From the IMG/VR virus record IMGVR_UViG_3300032731_000125, positions 6,432-70,431 of that record: a stretch of DNA of 64,000 nucleotides. The stretch is one strand, 5' to 3'. Made by a program: the position numbers and the translations under genes. This DNA is from a virus. Every line of letters starts with the position of its first letter. Positions within the stretch are counted from its first letter, which is position 1. The notes beneath the pieces are model-generated. The model did not search any database and was not told where the DNA came from. It saw only the letters and a program-made list of their open reading frames with translations. Of the stretch, positions 40,301 through 47,784 are shown in pieces.

Positions 40301-40594
40301 TTAATACTGACTTGCTTCCTGTTCATCAAAAAACTCATCTAAAAACTCTTGCCCCACCTTGGCAATACGCATAAAATCAATAGGGTCAACGTCAAACGGC
40401 CTACCGCCAACGAACTTAAGGTCAAAACCTTCGCTTTCACGCTTCCAGTACGCAAGGGTGTAGCAAGATGGGCCGGTGTCGTTATCATACTTGACAATTT
40501 CACATGTTGTAAGTTCGTCGCCATCGCCAGCTATGAGGTGCTTGCCGGTTGCCCTAACCTCTATATCGTCTATCCTGTAGTTAAACCGTTTCAT
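40301..40594 (-). CDS. Hypothetical protein
   Basis: 97 aa with AAGGAG SD. Confidence 0.6.
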   Translation of the reverse strand: MKRFNYRIDDIEVRATGKHLIAGDGDELTTCEIVKYDNDTGPSCYTLAYWKRESEGFDLKFVGGRPFDVDPIDFMRIAKVGQEFLDEFFDEQEASQY

Positions 40595-40661
40595 CTTATG
40601 TCTCCTTTTATGTGGTATTTTTATTGTAATTATGGAAGTCGCACTGTGAATCGAGGCTTTT

Positions 40662-40735
40662 TGGCAGGGGAGGTCAGAATCGAACTGACATTTTCAGGTT
40701 CAAAGCCTGAAACCTTTCCAAATGGTTACTCCCCT
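40662..40735 (-). tRNA. tRNA-Gln(UUG)
   Basis: Acceptor AGGGGAG/CTCCCCT, anticodon arm TCAGG-CTTTGAA-CCTGA, T-arm GTCAG-TTCGATT-CTGAC, encoded CCA. Confidence 0.92.
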
Positions 40736-40746
40736 ACATTGATGTT

Positions 40747-40821
40747 TGGAGCCGGAAAGAGGACTCGAACCCCCAAAATCTGGGTACAAACCAGATGCTT
40801 TACCTGTTAAGCTATACCGGC
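40747..40821 (-). tRNA. tRNA-Thr(UGU)
   Basis: GCCGGTA..., anticodon arm TCTGG-TTTGTAC-CCAGA, TTCGAGT T-loop, CCA. Confidence 0.9.
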
Positions 40822-40829
40822 ATATTTTT

Positions 40830-40905
40830 TGGTAGCAGGGGAGGAATTCGAATCCTCGTCATTCTTGGTTATGAGCCAAGTGTGTAACCGCTACACTACC
40901 CTGCG
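40830..40905 (-). tRNA. tRNA-Met(CAU)
   Basis: CGCAGGG/CCCTGCT, anticodon arm CTTGG-CTCATAA-CCAAG, ACCA end. Confidence 0.9.
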
Positions 40906-40909
40906 ATAA

Positions 40910-41095
40910 TCACTCCTCTTCCATAATTCCAATACAATAAAAGTGATACCCCGCGCTTTTCAACAATCCAGTAAACATTTCGCACATATCGTCAAGGCTT
41001 AAATCCCAAGCGTCCTGCTCAACTGTGTGTATTAATTTCCTGCCTGGTGTGTTGCCTATTGCCGGAAGTTGGATTTCCAGTGTTAGTTTTGTCAT
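40910..41095 (-). CDS. Hypothetical protein
   Basis: 61 aa with AGGAG SD, first gene of the tRNA unit. Confidence 0.55.
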   Translation of the reverse strand: MTKLTLEIQLPAIGNTPGRKLIHTVEQDAWDLSLDDMCEMFTGLLKSAGYHFYCIGIMEEE

Positions 41096-41137
41096 TTCTC
41101 ACTCCTGTAATGTTGACTATTCTCGACATTAGAGCAT

Positions 41138-41165
41138 ACAATAACCACCACCTGCAATATGTCAA
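41138..41165 (-). promoter_or_regulatory. Sigma70-like promoter for the tRNA cluster
   Basis: TTGACA-N16-TATTGT. Confidence 0.5.
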
Positions 41166-41213
41166 GTAAACCGTGCGATAAAAACTCAGAAAAAACATTA
41201 CCTCAGCTTAGAA

Positions 41214-41708
41214 TCAAGGCCACAGTGGTATAACGCCACTGTCTGGACCACCGTTTCGGTGCCACAGGTTATGTTCAGATTGATTCTTAAACACCATAAG
41301 GTTGTTGGGATCGTTATTATTGCAATTACCGTCTACATGATGAACAACCTCGCTATCAAGCAAGTAGTAGCCGCATCCCTTGACAGCCTTTCGTGCTATC
41401 CTCATACCATAGGCAGACCGAATATAGTCAGGATTTTCAAGATACTTCCAGTAACACTCCTTTTTACAGAAATGCTTTTTTGATTTCAAATATAACGACC
41501 TAACCTTCTTAAACTCCTTTCTGCAATGTTCACAAATAGCATCTTTGCGCGTATCAAACGTACACCTGCCGTGCTTATTGACATACCTTAATATCGACCT
41601 GCCTGTAACCACCCCTGTCATAGCCGCAATCTTGTCGCCAGAGTAGCCCATATCCCACAGCTCTAAAATCTTGTCGCCAATTCCCGCCGTTTTTATTTTA
41701 TCCACCAC
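41214..41708 (-). CDS. HTH + Zn-finger + HNH endonuclease
   Basis: CEHC..FCKKEC, VVHHVDGNCNNNDPNNL...H; GTG start after GGAGG. Confidence 0.8.
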   Translation of the reverse strand: MVDKIKTAGIGDKILELWDMGYSGDKIAAMTGVVTGRSILRYVNKHGRCTFDTRKDAICEHCRKEFKKVRSLYLKSKKHFCKKECYWKYLENPDYIRSAYGMRIARKAVKGCGYYLLDSEVVHHVDGNCNNNDPNNLMVFKNQSEHNLWHRNGGPDSGVIPLWP

Positions 41709-41739
41709 AACGCACCTCCGTTTATGTTATCTTACCAAC

Positions 41740-41767
41740 AATATAACCATTAATGTCGGATTGTCAA
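41740..41767 (-). promoter_or_regulatory. Sigma70-like promoter
   Basis: TTGACA-N16-TATATT. Confidence 0.55.
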
Positions 41768-41864
41768 CGTCTGAAATAGCACAAAGTAAAGCACGAGGAA
41801 AAAATATTATTTCAGAAGGTCAAACGGTTACAACGAGGCATGGGCAAACAAGCCCCCCCCATCG

Positions 41865-42076
41865 ATAAACAGGACATAAACAGGACACAAACCAGACATC
41901 TATCCGGACACTAAAAGAGGGCAAAGTAGGATAAACAGGCGGGATTATTGGGGAATAGCGGGACATTTATGTGGACAATACAGACAATAATTAAGAGGGA
42001 AGGTAAAATTACGCATGAGGAGGGGATATATTAGGTAATGGAAATGAAAGTCCCCGGATAAATTTTACCCCCCCCC
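41865..42076. repeat. Phased (G/A)GACA repeats plus an inverted repeat in a noncoding gap
   Basis: ATAAACAGGAC ATAAACAGGAC ACAAACCAGAC tandem with further GGACA/AGACA copies; GGTAAAATT (42002-42010) pairs with AATTTTACC (42061-42069). Confidence 0.6.
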
Positions 42077-42203
42077 TGTTAATAGTAATGGTTATCAATA
42101 GTGCCTGCCTGTCCTTGGTGGTGGTATGTGCTTGATATTGTTGGTGTTGTATGTTAGTGTCTGATATAGCGTTGCAGATAAGGAGTCTTATGGTAACTAG
42201 CTA

Positions 42204-42806
42204 TTACGCCTGATCCTTTACGCTTTGCGGTGTTATGTCAATAGCTTGGGGTTCATTTGCCCTGGCATGTGCTATGCGTTTTGTCTTTTCGTCACTGGTT
42301 TCCGCTGTGAATGAGATATTAACCTCTCCTTGGTGGCTGTGGATGTGTTCAATGGTATCAGTATAGCCTAGTTTGCTCTTAAGATAAAAAATAACAGCAC
42401 CGTAACGCCTGGCTGTGAATAGCTGATCCACTAGACCAGATTCAATTATGTGTTCAGCAGCTTTTAGGATTTGATTAAATTGCTGGTAATGGCCCTCGTG
42501 ACTTCTTGAATATAATTTATAAGTGCTATCATCAAATATTCCAACGTGTAACTTTAACCCTGCAATGTGATATGGCTGATTAGATATATCTTGAAAGTAG
42601 CTGTTTATCTTGACTTCCATCTCTTCAACTGTTTGAAATAGTAAACGTTTATCTTTTTTTAATTCTTTGGCTGATAATATTGGAGGTGGTTTTATATCTG
42701 GTATAACTGGCAGGTTGTCATCATCCGGGTATGGTTCTATTATATCCTTGGTTTTCTTGCTGGTTTTCTTGGGCTTGGTGGCCGGTTTTGTTCTAGATTT
42801 AATCAT
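42204..42806 (-). CDS. terS: Terminase small subunit (P22 gp3-like)
   Basis: F.TVEEME.KI.SYF...PYHIAGL..HVG ... VIFYLKSKLGY.D pattern. Confidence 0.7.
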   Translation of the reverse strand: MIKSRTKPATKPKKTSKKTKDIIEPYPDDDNLPVIPDIKPPPILSAKELKKDKRLLFQTVEEMEVKINSYFQDISNQPYHIAGLKLHVGIFDDSTYKLYSRSHEGHYQQFNQILKAAEHIIESGLVDQLFTARRYGAVIFYLKSKLGYTDTIEHIHSHQGEVNISFTAETSDEKTKRIAHARANEPQAIDITPQSVKDQA

Positions 42807-42834
42807 TATATCACCTTGTTGTGTATGTTAGTAA

Positions 42835-42854
42835 AAGTTAGGCTCATCTAACTT
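42835..42854. promoter_or_regulatory. Palindrome AAGTTAG-N6-CTAACTT upstream of terS
   Basis: Same arms as 28238..28257. Confidence 0.6.
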
Positions 42855-42874
42855 ATGTACTATATATCTAACAA

Positions 42875-42902
42875 ACATTAAGCATTAAAACAATGTTGTC
42901 AA
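42875..42902 (-). promoter_or_regulatory. Leftward sigma70-like promoter (terS)
   Basis: TTGACA-N16-TAATGT. Confidence 0.5.
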
Positions 42903-42949
42903 GGTGCGCGTGTTTTGAATTATTATTATGCTTTAATATCTTATAAATC

Positions 42950-43005
42950 GGAACTATTAGTTCCTAACCGGAACTCCGAGTTCTTATCGTCGGAACTACG
43001 AGTTC
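42950..43005. promoter_or_regulatory. Three tandem palindromic operator-like sites GGAACT-N3-AGTTC
   Basis: Starting at 42950, 42970 and 42992, between divergent promoters. Confidence 0.65.
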
Positions 43006-43162
43006 TTATTTTTGGTTTATTAAGTATTTTAGTAGATATTCTATTAGTTGTTATTTATTCAATATTTATAGTATGTTATGTGTTATTTTAGGTGTTCGGC
43101 GGTGTTTGGCATTGAGATTGCATGATAAGATAATAAAAAGTAATATTAAATGATATTAGGTA

Positions 43163-43191
43163 TTGACAAGTCGAAATAAATGATTTATAGA
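43163..43191 (+). promoter_or_regulatory. Rightward early promoter
   Basis: TTGACA-N17-TATAGA in AT-rich DNA upstream of the plus-strand cassette. Confidence 0.6.
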
Positions 43192-43242
43192 TAATGAGAG
43201 CTCAAGATTAACTACTAATAGGAGGAAAGGAGGGCATTACAA

Positions 43243-43512
43243 ATGTATAAAATTGAGACATGTGACGCAGATGTCGAGGTTGGATATCCAGAATATCAAC
43301 GCCGGGTGTATGGGATTGAGCATGCGTTTGCAGCCGTTATTGATGCTGAAACGATGCACGAGATCCCGTCTCACAGGCTAACAGTAAGTAAATATCTGTA
43401 TGACCCAGAAGCAGAGGACGGGCATTTCCTAAGCTGGAGCACAAACGCAGAGGAGTTTATGGCTGATCATCATGCCGAGGTTGCCAATATGATCAAAAGG
43501 CTGCGAAGGTGA
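43243..43512 (+). CDS. Early hypothetical protein
   Basis: 89 aa with double GGAGG SD. Confidence 0.65.
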   Translation: MYKIETCDADVEVGYPEYQRRVYGIEHAFAAVIDAETMHEIPSHRLTVSKYLYDPEAEDGHFLSWSTNAEEFMADHHAEVANMIKRLRR

Positions 43513-43549
43513 CGGCTAGTAATTAACATCAACCAAAAAGGAGAATGAA

Positions 43550-44083
43550 ATGAAACAACAAGAAATTAAAATCAAAACCCAACTTGATGAGGGTATTTAC
43601 AAATCAGATGGTGGAGGCCAGGCAAGAACGCATTATTCGTGGAACATTGGCCCTCGCAATCTAATGTCTGCTATTGAAATGCTGAGCGAACACAGCGAGT
43701 CTATGACGCGCGGATACGGCAACGTAGGCCACTGCGGAAGTTGGCTTGAGATTGCCGGAATTGAAATGTCCACCACCGATATTGCTGATTATAATTACGA
43801 TACCGATGTTGAGAATTTCGATTCGGACACAATTTCACATTCTTCGTATATTTCTAAAACAAAATGGTGCCAACGATTTATATCATCTGTTTTGGATGGA
43901 TCCTTGTTGTCGGATCGGGCTGATTTCAACAACCAAATGGCCCACAATAACGAAAAGGAGGCCGCTGGGTTCGCTGCAGGTTGCGATGGTTTACCGATAC
44001 CTGAAAAATACAAAGGCGATTATTTTTTTGAAACCGGCCATTGTCATGGAAACGAAATCCGAACCGGGGGAGATCCTGGATAA
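43550..44083 (+). CDS. Early hypothetical protein
   Basis: 177 aa with AAGGAG SD. Confidence 0.65.
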   Translation: MKQQEIKIKTQLDEGIYKSDGGGQARTHYSWNIGPRNLMSAIEMLSEHSESMTRGYGNVGHCGSWLEIAGIEMSTTDIADYNYDTDVENFDSDTISHSSYISKTKWCQRFISSVLDGSLLSDRADFNNQMAHNNEKEAAGFAAGCDGLPIPEKYKGDYFFETGHCHGNEIRTGGDPG

Positions 44084-44106
44084 ATATAAATTCCACACCG
44101 CCCTTG

Positions 44107-44126
44107 AGCCCTCACCCGTGAGGGCT
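44107..44126 (+). other. GC-rich hairpin (terminator or processing stem)
   Basis: AGCCCTCAC-CC-GTGAGGGCT, intergenic, no U-tract. Confidence 0.4.
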
Positions 44127-44170
44127 GCGGGGAGCTTTGGAGTTAACCTAACTTAATGGAGGTTAGCACA

Positions 44171-44455
44171 ATGAAACCAAAAACAGCTAACATAATAAAC
44201 TTTTTTGAATTATCAGAAGCATGGCAAAAAGAGGCGGTTAGCAACCTTGATGAGTACGCAGAGGAAAACCATTATCTTGAGCCTGACTGTAATTACGATC
44301 CTGATATAGTGTTGTGGGATCTAAGTGAGTGCATGCGCGGTAGTGGGGTCCATGAGGGTTTTGAGTACAATGGCACCATCGGGATTTCAAACAACTCAGC
44401 TATGCTGTTGAATGTTGACGATAGCCTTGAATCTTGTAAATATATAATTGTATAG
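44171..44455 (+). CDS. Early acidic hypothetical protein (start corrected to 44171)
   Basis: GGAGG SD lies just upstream of MKPKTANI. Confidence 0.6.
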   Translation: MKPKTANIINFFELSEAWQKEAVSNLDEYAEENHYLEPDCNYDPDIVLWDLSECMRGSGVHEGFEYNGTIGISNNSAMLLNVDDSLESCKYIIV

Positions 44456-44477
44456 CTATTAAATGGAGGTGCTTACA

Positions 44478-44720
44478 ATGTCAGGAATACCGGCAAGATA
44501 CGGCATTGAGGTTGTAAATGGTATTATAATCGGAGAAACAAGAAAAACGGTTGCACTTTTTGACCCAGATGGAAACCAGCAAGCGGTTGCACACTTATTG
44601 CTCGATGAATCGCCGGAACAGTGGGCGATAGTCCACATTGAAAATAAAAAAACTGAGCTGGGGCCAGAATATTTCCGCTTAGGCTGGGATAGGCCATGGG
44701 AGGTACGGGTTTATGATTAA
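44478..44720 (+). CDS. Early hypothetical protein (start corrected to 44478)
   Basis: GGAGG SD precedes MSGIPARY. Confidence 0.6.
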   Translation: MSGIPARYGIEVVNGIIIGETRKTVALFDPDGNQQAVAHLLLDESPEQWAIVHIENKKTELGPEYFRLGWDRPWEVRVYD

Positions 44721-44887
44721 AAACACCGCAAAAAACAACATGTTTTATGTTTGGATATATTGGCAAATATGCGCCTCAATAAACAAAAAAGAAGACTGCG
44801 GACTGGGTATATTTGGTCTAAATATAAACACATGGAATTTATTGTCTAAATATTGGAATTAATATAGCTTAATGGAGGTGTAAACAA

Positions 44888-45097
44888 ATGACAAGAAATG
44901 AACGCAAGTTCATGGAGCACGGTAAAAAGTACATAATGATAATGGAGCGCAATGAGCTATCAAACAACTGGGCTTGTTGGATACCAGGAAAACCATTGCA
45001 AATGTACTTTGTTGATAATAAACGAAGTGCTGCAAAGTTTGTTAAAAATGTAAACGCTGGTATCACAAGCGGCAAAATTGACGTTAATACATTATAA
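44888..45097 (+). CDS. Early hypothetical protein
   Basis: 69 aa with GGAGG SD. Confidence 0.55.
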   Translation: MTRNERKFMEHGKKYIMIMERNELSNNWACWIPGKPLQMYFVDNKRSAAKFVKNVNAGITSGKIDVNTL

Positions 45098-45270
45098 GGC
45101 GGAGGTGTCAAAATGAAAAGGGATAACCATTAACGCCATAAGCAAAGGAGGTTTCATGTAGCCAAGTTTAAAAGCTTGATTTTGTCCTAAGCAAATCAAC
45201 AAACATGACTTAGGGCAAACTTAAACGGTTAAACGGTTAATATAAATATAAATAGAAAGGAGATAACAAA

Positions 45271-46056
45271 ATGTATTTACAAATTACCACTAAATGTAAT
45301 ATGTCATGCTCACATTGTTGTTATTCGTGTTCTATGCGCGGCAAGCATGGTGAGTATGAAACCATAATTGATTCTATTGCCTTTGCGCGTGATTGCACAG
45401 ACTCGATCTCAATTGGTGGCGGTGAACCGACTTTGCATCCAAGATTTTTTGATATACTCAAGCATTGTTTGGATGATTTTGATTATGTTTGGATGGCTAC
45501 AAACGGGAGTCAAACGGATACAATGTATCGACTTGCAAATATTATAGATATGGAAGACTATCCAGAATGTGACTGTTCCAAAGAATATACACCGGAAGAG
45601 ATGGAGAAATACACCGGGGATGAAGATGGCTGTTTGTGTCATGAAAAAATAACCGATGATAGTATTTATCAAGAAGACAAGCTATCTGTTGCACTAAGTC
45701 AAGACTGTTTCCACGACCCCATTGACAAAAAAATTGAAAGTATATGGCAAAAAAGGGCAGACAATGGCAATGGTCGCAGTTCTCATTTTGAAATCAGAGA
45801 TGTTTCGCGCTCTCGTAATGGCGTAATTGCAGAAGGTAGAGCCAAAAGAACCGGCTCAGGGTGGGCAGAAGGTTGTGTTTGTCCTGGTATTGTCATTAAG
45901 CCAAGTGGAAAATTGAGGCTTTGCGGTTGCTTACGCTCACCTGTAATCGGTGATATTTGGTCCGGCATTGACGAAAAATGGGAAACGGCTATACAGGATG
46001 ATGATGGCTATCAAGGAACTAATTGCTATAAGGATATAGATAATAAGCCAAAATAA
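45271..46056 (+). CDS. Radical SAM protein with Cys-rich (twitch/SPASM-like) C-terminus
   Basis: CNMSCSHC, GGGEPTL, TNG, C-terminal CVC...G.LRLCGC...IG...C. Confidence 0.88.
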   Translation: MYLQITTKCNMSCSHCCYSCSMRGKHGEYETIIDSIAFARDCTDSISIGGGEPTLHPRFFDILKHCLDDFDYVWMATNGSQTDTMYRLANIIDMEDYPECDCSKEYTPEEMEKYTGDEDGCLCHEKITDDSIYQEDKLSVALSQDCFHDPIDKKIESIWQKRADNGNGRSSHFEIRDVSRSRNGVIAEGRAKRTGSGWAEGCVCPGIVIKPSGKLRLCGCLRSPVIGDIWSGIDEKWETAIQDDDGYQGTNCYKDIDNKPK

Positions 46057-46081
46057 TCTAACATTCAAAGGAGGTTTTGCT

Positions 46082-46243
46082 ATGGCGTATATTCGAAAAA
46101 CTAAAGATGTTTTTGTTGTCATGTGGCAAGGGGAAGAAGTTGACGAAACCGACACAAAGGCTGATGCTCGCTACTTGCTGGTTGAATATAACCTAGCTTT
46201 TCGCGGTGGTTGTAGCATTAAGATAAAACGGGAACCGGTTTAA
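46082..46243 (+). CDS. Early hypothetical protein (53 aa)
   Basis: Manual translation MAYIRKTKDVFVVMWQGEEVDE...*, with AAGGAGG SD. Confidence 0.6.
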   Translation: MAYIRKTKDVFVVMWQGEEVDETDTKADARYLLVEYNLAFRGGCSIKIKREPV

Positions 46244-46418
46244 ACACTTAAAGTCCTAGGTATGACATTAAAGCTGCCCGGAAGAACTGAATGACAAATC
46301 AAACTAAATCATTAATGGTCCAAAAGCCTTGTCTTGTAATAGTCGGTGGCCGGGAATTTTTAGTGCGGTCCCTGAAAGATGTTTATAAGGTTTTAAGGGT
46401 TAAAAGGAGGATTAAATC

Positions 46419-46661
46419 ATGCCTAATAAATGCAAACAAAAATATGAATATATCGAAAATACACATAGACCACTTATGCATAAAATGTGCAATTTTTGCT
46501 TAACTAACGAAGCTATCGACAATGAACCTGGAACTCCAATGGTTGATAGGCATGGAGGTTCATGGATTAGAATGGTAGACGATATTGATATGCATTTAGA
46601 GGGATATTATTGCAATATCTTTACAGGTGAATACCTACATGCTAGTAAACTTATTTATTAG
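46419..46661 (+). CDS. Early hypothetical protein
   Basis: 80 aa with AAGGAGG SD. Confidence 0.55.
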   Translation: MPNKCKQKYEYIENTHRPLMHKMCNFCLTNEAIDNEPGTPMVDRHGGSWIRMVDDIDMHLEGYYCNIFTGEYLHASKLIY

Positions 46662-46674
46662 ACAAGGAGGCACA

Positions 46675-46857
46675 ATGAAACCAAAAACAGCAAGAAGATT
46701 TCTGTCGCGTAACACCTGGAAGATTGCAGCAAGAAAGATTAGTTTTCAGTCACCTTCATTCTGGACCAAGGTAAAAAATTGCCGAAAAGTACTGGATGAA
46801 GTGGCCTATAAATCATTATCGGTGGATGGGCGAATTTATCATATGTTGGGGTTTTAA
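46675..46857 (+). CDS. Early basic hypothetical protein (start 46675)
   Basis: AAGGAGG SD before MKPKTARRF. Confidence 0.55.
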   Translation: MKPKTARRFLSRNTWKIAARKISFQSPSFWTKVKNCRKVLDEVAYKSLSVDGRIYHMLGF

Positions 46858-46973
46858 GTGGGATAAACGGTAAAACTGTTGAATTAAACGTCTCAAATGG
46901 CCCTGTGTTGGATGATCCGGACGTAACGAAGGGTATAGCATGGGGTTAAATTGGGGTAAAAAGGAGAAAGGTA

Positions 46974-47768
46974 ATGAAGACTAAGATGACAAAGAAGCTT
47001 GAAAAAGAAATTATCGCATATCTTGACGGTGAAAGGCCGGAAGTCTTCTGGGATTGCCGCGAGGGTTTGTCAAGTGACCAGGTTAGTAAGATACTTGAAA
47101 CCGAAGACGGCCTTTTTGCGTTACAGGATGAACTCTGGGAGTACAATCTTGATTATATCTGCGAAATTGAAAACCAGGTTGCTGAAAAAATTATAGCCGA
47201 ATTTGATATTGAAAGTTGGGATTCATGGGATATCAGGGACCACTTTCTTGATTATATTCATATTGATCTGGGCTTTGACAACCTTCTGAATAATACCGGC
47301 GATATAACCGCCCTTGTTGTGATGTATTCAAACTATGATTGCTGCAATTCTTTTGATGATCCCAAAGAACCGGAAACGTATTTAACCGATGTTTATAGCA
47401 GGGTAAAAACTGGCGTCAAGCGTGCTGACTGTGAATATGAGTTTTACAATGGTGCATATGGTGGTTCGCTGTTCTGTTTTGCTTTTAAAGGTAGTATTCA
47501 GAATATTATTGAATTGAAAAAAGCAACACAGAACGGTGCAACTCATATTGGTATACCAAAAGGCACACAATACGGCTTTTTTTCAAGTTTCCAGGGAGCC
47601 GGTTCTGTGTTTGAAAAAATTACCCACCGCAACATGAAGGTCAAGATTAACGGTGAAACTGAACACGACACGGTTGACATCATGGCCGACTGCCAACAAA
47701 GCCATTCAATGGCTGATGTTTACGGTGATACACGTTTTATTGACAATTCCAACATAACTGTGACTTAA
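46974..47768 (+). CDS. Early acidic hypothetical protein
   Basis: 264 aa with AAGGAG SD. Confidence 0.65.
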   Translation: MKTKMTKKLEKEIIAYLDGERPEVFWDCREGLSSDQVSKILETEDGLFALQDELWEYNLDYICEIENQVAEKIIAEFDIESWDSWDIRDHFLDYIHIDLGFDNLLNNTGDITALVVMYSNYDCCNSFDDPKEPETYLTDVYSRVKTGVKRADCEYEFYNGAYGGSLFCFAFKGSIQNIIELKKATQNGATHIGIPKGTQYGFFSSFQGAGSVFEKITHRNMKVKINGETEHDTVDIMADCQQSHSMADVYGDTRFIDNSNITVT

Positions 47769-47784
47769 AAAGGAGGTATAACAA

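Noticed and set aside
41865-41990. CRISPR or TIGR-like guide array
   Set aside because: Units are about 11 bp and degenerate; no Cas or Nop-domain protein recognised
42950-43005. LexA (Cheo) boxes or a mini-CRISPR
   Set aside because: The spacer is GAAC-N5-GTTC rather than N4; units are 20-22 bp with no spacer-sized unique sequence and no cas genes
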